Assembly (NCBI RefSeq): GCF_000143415.4
Contig: NW_003314275.1
Location: forward strand, 1,307,955-1,371,954
Direction of reading: 5' to 3'
From: Selaginella moellendorffii
Lineage: Eukaryota; Plantae; Lycopodiophyta
DNA length: 64,000 nt
The translations under genes were made by a program, and so were the position numbers. Positions 60,525 to 64,000 of this stretch are shown piece after piece. Position 1 is the stretch's first letter, and each line of letters begins with the position of its first letter. The notes under the pieces were generated by a model that saw only the letters and a program-made list of their open reading frames with translations, was not told the DNA's origin and made no database searches.

Positions 60525-60776
60525 TTGTATGTCGTGTGTGCGCAGAGATAAAAGCTGTGATTTCTCTCAATCAAATGGTCGAGTATGTGACACTGGAAGG
60601 CCAAACATCTCGAGACGTTTGGGAGGACAAGCATCCGTTAGAAGGTATGTGCACATTTGTCTATGTTTTTGGATGCAATATGGTCTTTTTCAGATTACGT
60701 GAGCGAGTTACCTCGGATGGAGGCAGCGCCTTCCCACAGGACGCTAGCAAGGTATGGAAAATCTACATCTACTTGA
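59268..60776 (+). CDS. Unknown protein with a degenerate trypsin-like domain
   Basis: ATGFATLIDPEGLCITVAKCV and LQPGAPVFTEDGSLQGIV resemble trypsin-2 motifs; three further small phase-compatible exons follow 60318. Start (59205 or 59268) and end uncertain. Confidence 0.55.
60474..60519. repeat. (CT)n microsatellite, intronic
   Basis: About 23 CT units. Confidence 0.95.
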
Positions 60777-60854
60777 TCAAATACGGTTATAAAGATGTGA
60801 AGTAGCCGTAGGCGCCGCCCATTACCTTTACCAGCTGTCTCCGGATATAATGCA

Positions 60855-61750
60855 CCGAGGCGTGGCAATCACCTTTCGCCCAAGCTGTGGTACCTCCTCG
60901 TGAATGTGATCGAGGCCGTGACAGTCCGAGCTCAGGTCACCTCGGACTGTTCTTGGCTATGGTGGCTCTTTCGCTCCAGGCGGTTCCACTGCGGCTCTAG
61001 CGGGCTATCCAGTGGGACGCGCACTGGGATCTCGGCAAACTCCAAGACGACGCTGCCCAGGAAGCTGGAATCCGGATCGCAGCATCCACTCTTTGCCAAA
61101 CGCGAAACATCCAGATCGAAGGGGACGTGGTGGTCATTGTACGGCGGTGGCCGGACAAACTCCGGCGATTTTCCTCCATCGCCACGGTCGCCTTTGCCAT
61201 GCTTCTCCTTTCCTTCCACAGTGGTGGTGGTGGCGCCGCCGCCGCTAGCTTCTTCTTCCACTTCTTTCTTTGGTGGGTCCATCGCCGCCACCGCCGCCAC
61301 CGCCGCCATCCTCTTTCTTCTCCGTCCGCTTCTTTCCTTCCTCCACATCCTCCATCGCCATCTCGCGGCAGCGGCTGTTTCTTCCGGTTTCTTTTCGCCC
61401 TCTTCGCTCTTGGCATCACTTTCTTCGCGCCATCGCCATCGCTGGGAGGAGGAGCTTCCTTTGACATGAGAGAAGAAGCTCCTCTTCGCCAAGAAATAGT
61501 AGACGATGTATTCCTCACCTTTCTTGGCGGCGGGTCCTCACTCGCCCCAGGAACTGGGGGCGCTGCTTGCCGCCGGTCTTCTTGTCGCTCACTTGTCGTC
61601 GATCGGGCCCTGTGCGAATTCGTTCCAGGTGGGCTTGAGATCCTTGCTCTTGGGCTCTGTTCGCCGGCGCTGGCCATGCAGTAGGGGCTCGCGGATCCCT
61701 CCCCGTCCTTGGGTGTAGCATTGCATACCTTCACGAAGAGCTTCTTGGCA
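60855..61750 (-). pseudogene. Rearranged copy of the MCTP 5' half
   Basis: 60937-61750 is an inverted, multiply deleted copy of about 55522-56840; 60855-60935 copies about 56888-57038 in direct orientation. Confidence 0.9.
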
Positions 61751-61787
61751 CACATTCCCATTCCCAGCACACATACAGATTCCCAGC

Positions 61788-63470
61788 GCATTGAATTCCT
61801 TGGTACCACACGATCTTTGGGTTTCCCTGCAAATCAGAGGATCTCTAACTAATGTCCATAAAAACACTGTCGTAATGTAAAAAGGGCGTGGACACAACAC
61901 TAGTTCATTGTGTTTGACTCTTTTTAGGGACATGACTCATGACCCATGCCATGTCAGCTATCGATTGCTCTCAATATTCGACCGAGTCGTTGTGCTTCTT
62001 GACGCCGGGAACCAGCCATTTGCCTCAATGGAATTGTCACCGACCTGAGAGAAGCAAGAAAAGTAGTGAAAGCCACAAATACCTTTGACATGAAAACTGT
62101 GTTGACATCGGGACTGTGTTTAAAAGCGTACAATATCTTTGTTCTTTCATGGTGGCTGCAACAAACAAAGTTTCAACGCCAAATGTGCGGTTGGACCGTA
62201 AATAAAAGGCTTTTTCAATTTTGTGGCATATTCTCTCAGGGAGAAAAGATTATCAGAGAAGACAATAATCTTGTCTCGCTGTTGTTCGTGAAAACGATGA
62301 GAAACTCACAAGCCCGAAATTTATTGGGGTTCATTATGTATAATGCCTGCACAGGAACGTCAAGCGGTGGTAAATAAAACGGAAATGAATAAGTACCTGT
62401 TGCTTTCTGTTCTCCTTCTTCATGTCAGAGAAGACGAACGTATTACCGATCTGAATTTTCTAGTTGGTCCAAAGTTGTACGAGGCGAACTGGCTGGATGT
62501 TGTGAAATGCGGCTACATTGCTAATGTTCAATGTGCTGAGATCTGGTGGCCAATGACTAAAGAATTTTACGCAGAATACCAGCGTGGCTGCAAGAAATTC
62601 ACAAGGTGTAAGTCCCAACCGTATATTTAATAGCTGCTTACCAGTGAGTCCAAGTTTGCAGTGAGACTTGGTGATACTAATAACTTTACGAAACATATGA
62701 GCAGGCACCACATGCACCTACAAGGAAAAAAAGACGGTCAGTGGTACAACTTTGAAGAGAGTTGTATCACATCATCCATAAGAAGTAAGCCCCACTCGTG
62801 GCCTTTTATCAATTCAATTTTCGGATTCTTCTGATCTTTTGAAAGCAACCATGTTGTAGGTGGTCACAACGAGACTAACGTTTGCTTTGAACTTGTCGTT
62901 ACTGTCTGACGTGAAACGAGAAATCTGATCGTCATGGATAGTAGACCAGAGTTTAAACTGAAAGGCCCACTGGTCGACCGACACTGTATTGGTGGCTAAG
63001 CAAAGGCAGCTTTTGCGAATGCGGCAGGCGGCTGAGACTCCCACTAAGGATTTACCAGCTCCACAAGGTAATACGATAATTCCAGACCTCACACTACAGG
63101 TCAGTACTAAAAAAATTGCAAAACATGGTTGCTATACACCATTTTCAAACACTTTGCTCAAGCTATAAGGTCGAGGTTTCAATTCAATGCTTAAGTCAGG
63201 ATTGACCTAAAATCAGGTAACAAATCTCATGCGTTTCTTAAGTCATATTCCTCAAGCATCAGATAGTTTAAAGCACTTGGCAGGCACCTCTGCTTCACAT
63301 GTTCTACCTGAAAAGTTCCTGTGTGAGCCAGACCGACTTAGAATAGCTACTTAAGCAGGATCAATTTCAAAAGAAATCACATCCTTCTCTTCTCCAGTAG
63401 CAACTTCATCCCTGGCGACCAAGTCTTGGACAACAACTTGTTGACCGTAAAACCGTGCCCCGCACTTGCC
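61788..63470 (-). pseudogene. XPB: XPB/ERCC3 helicase pseudogene with introns, deletions and an internal inversion
   Basis: [41 protein letters not shown] and AGSRRQEAQRLGRILRA on the minus strand; VREDERITDLNFL...EFYAEY lies on the plus strand (about 62424-62580). Confidence 0.9.
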
Positions 63471-64000
63471 TAGAATTTGCCATGAGAAAAATAGACAGAA
63501 TTTGAAAGAAAAACTTTCACATGCCTCGTATTATCGTTCATTAATTATCACTATATGAAACTAAAAGCTTTTGATACTTATGGTTTTGTTTTGTTTTGTT
63601 TAATAATAACATGATTTTTCTCTTTAAACAGTGTGCATGAAGGCTAGAATGTTTGCTCTATAAGAGAGATCCACCTAAGAAGAAAGTGATGAAGAACAAA
63701 AATATATCTTTTATAATGTTATAGAAGAGACTGATTGTTAAATCAAAATCCTTGCTTTTGACTAGAGTTGCTATATATTAAAACTGAATTGAGTTTAAAA
63801 CCTTAAAAATTCTAATTTACTTACAAAATATTTCACATGTAGGGTTTACATTTTTTGAAATGGGAAAGAGCTTGAGTCCCAAAAAGTGGAAATGAAAATA
63901 ACACATTAAGCACATCAGTTGATGGATAAATAGTGGTGGCTTTATTAAAAAAAAAGTAAATTAATCTTCTATAACAAAAAAAGAAACTCATAAATTTTCT

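Overview
Eukaryotic land-plant genomic DNA. The very short introns (mostly 50-120 nt), high gene density and PLS-type PPR with a clipped E domain suggest a lycophyte such as Selaginella; this is an inference. Two gene-dense arms flank an AT-rich, transposon-rich island at about 26.4-47.4 kb. Left arm: PDK (partial), a secreted aspartic protease, ATG18, two tandem kelch-like genes around a kinase-like pseudogene, PFP-alpha, an F-box/kelch gene, a PLS-E PPR, an RGF/GOLVEN-type peptide precursor with a candidate ARF-binding module upstream, COQ3, and a domesticated MULE/SWIM gene. Island: a B-lectin fusion gene plus a decayed copy, a degenerate MULE, a young non-autonomous 6.65-kb LTR element with extra ORFs, a GC-rich hairpin minisatellite, captured gene fragments and a Ty3/gypsy remnant. 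Right arm: a P-class PPR, CHX, an intron-containing tRNA-Tyr bracketed by inverted repeats, MCTP, a pseudo-trypsin gene and a scrambled XPB-MCTP chimeric pseudogene. Most notable: the split RGF-like peptide gene with IR7/ER13 auxin elements, and repeated copying of pieces of neighbouring genes into rearranged chimeras. All calls come from reading the sequence by eye; no searches were run.
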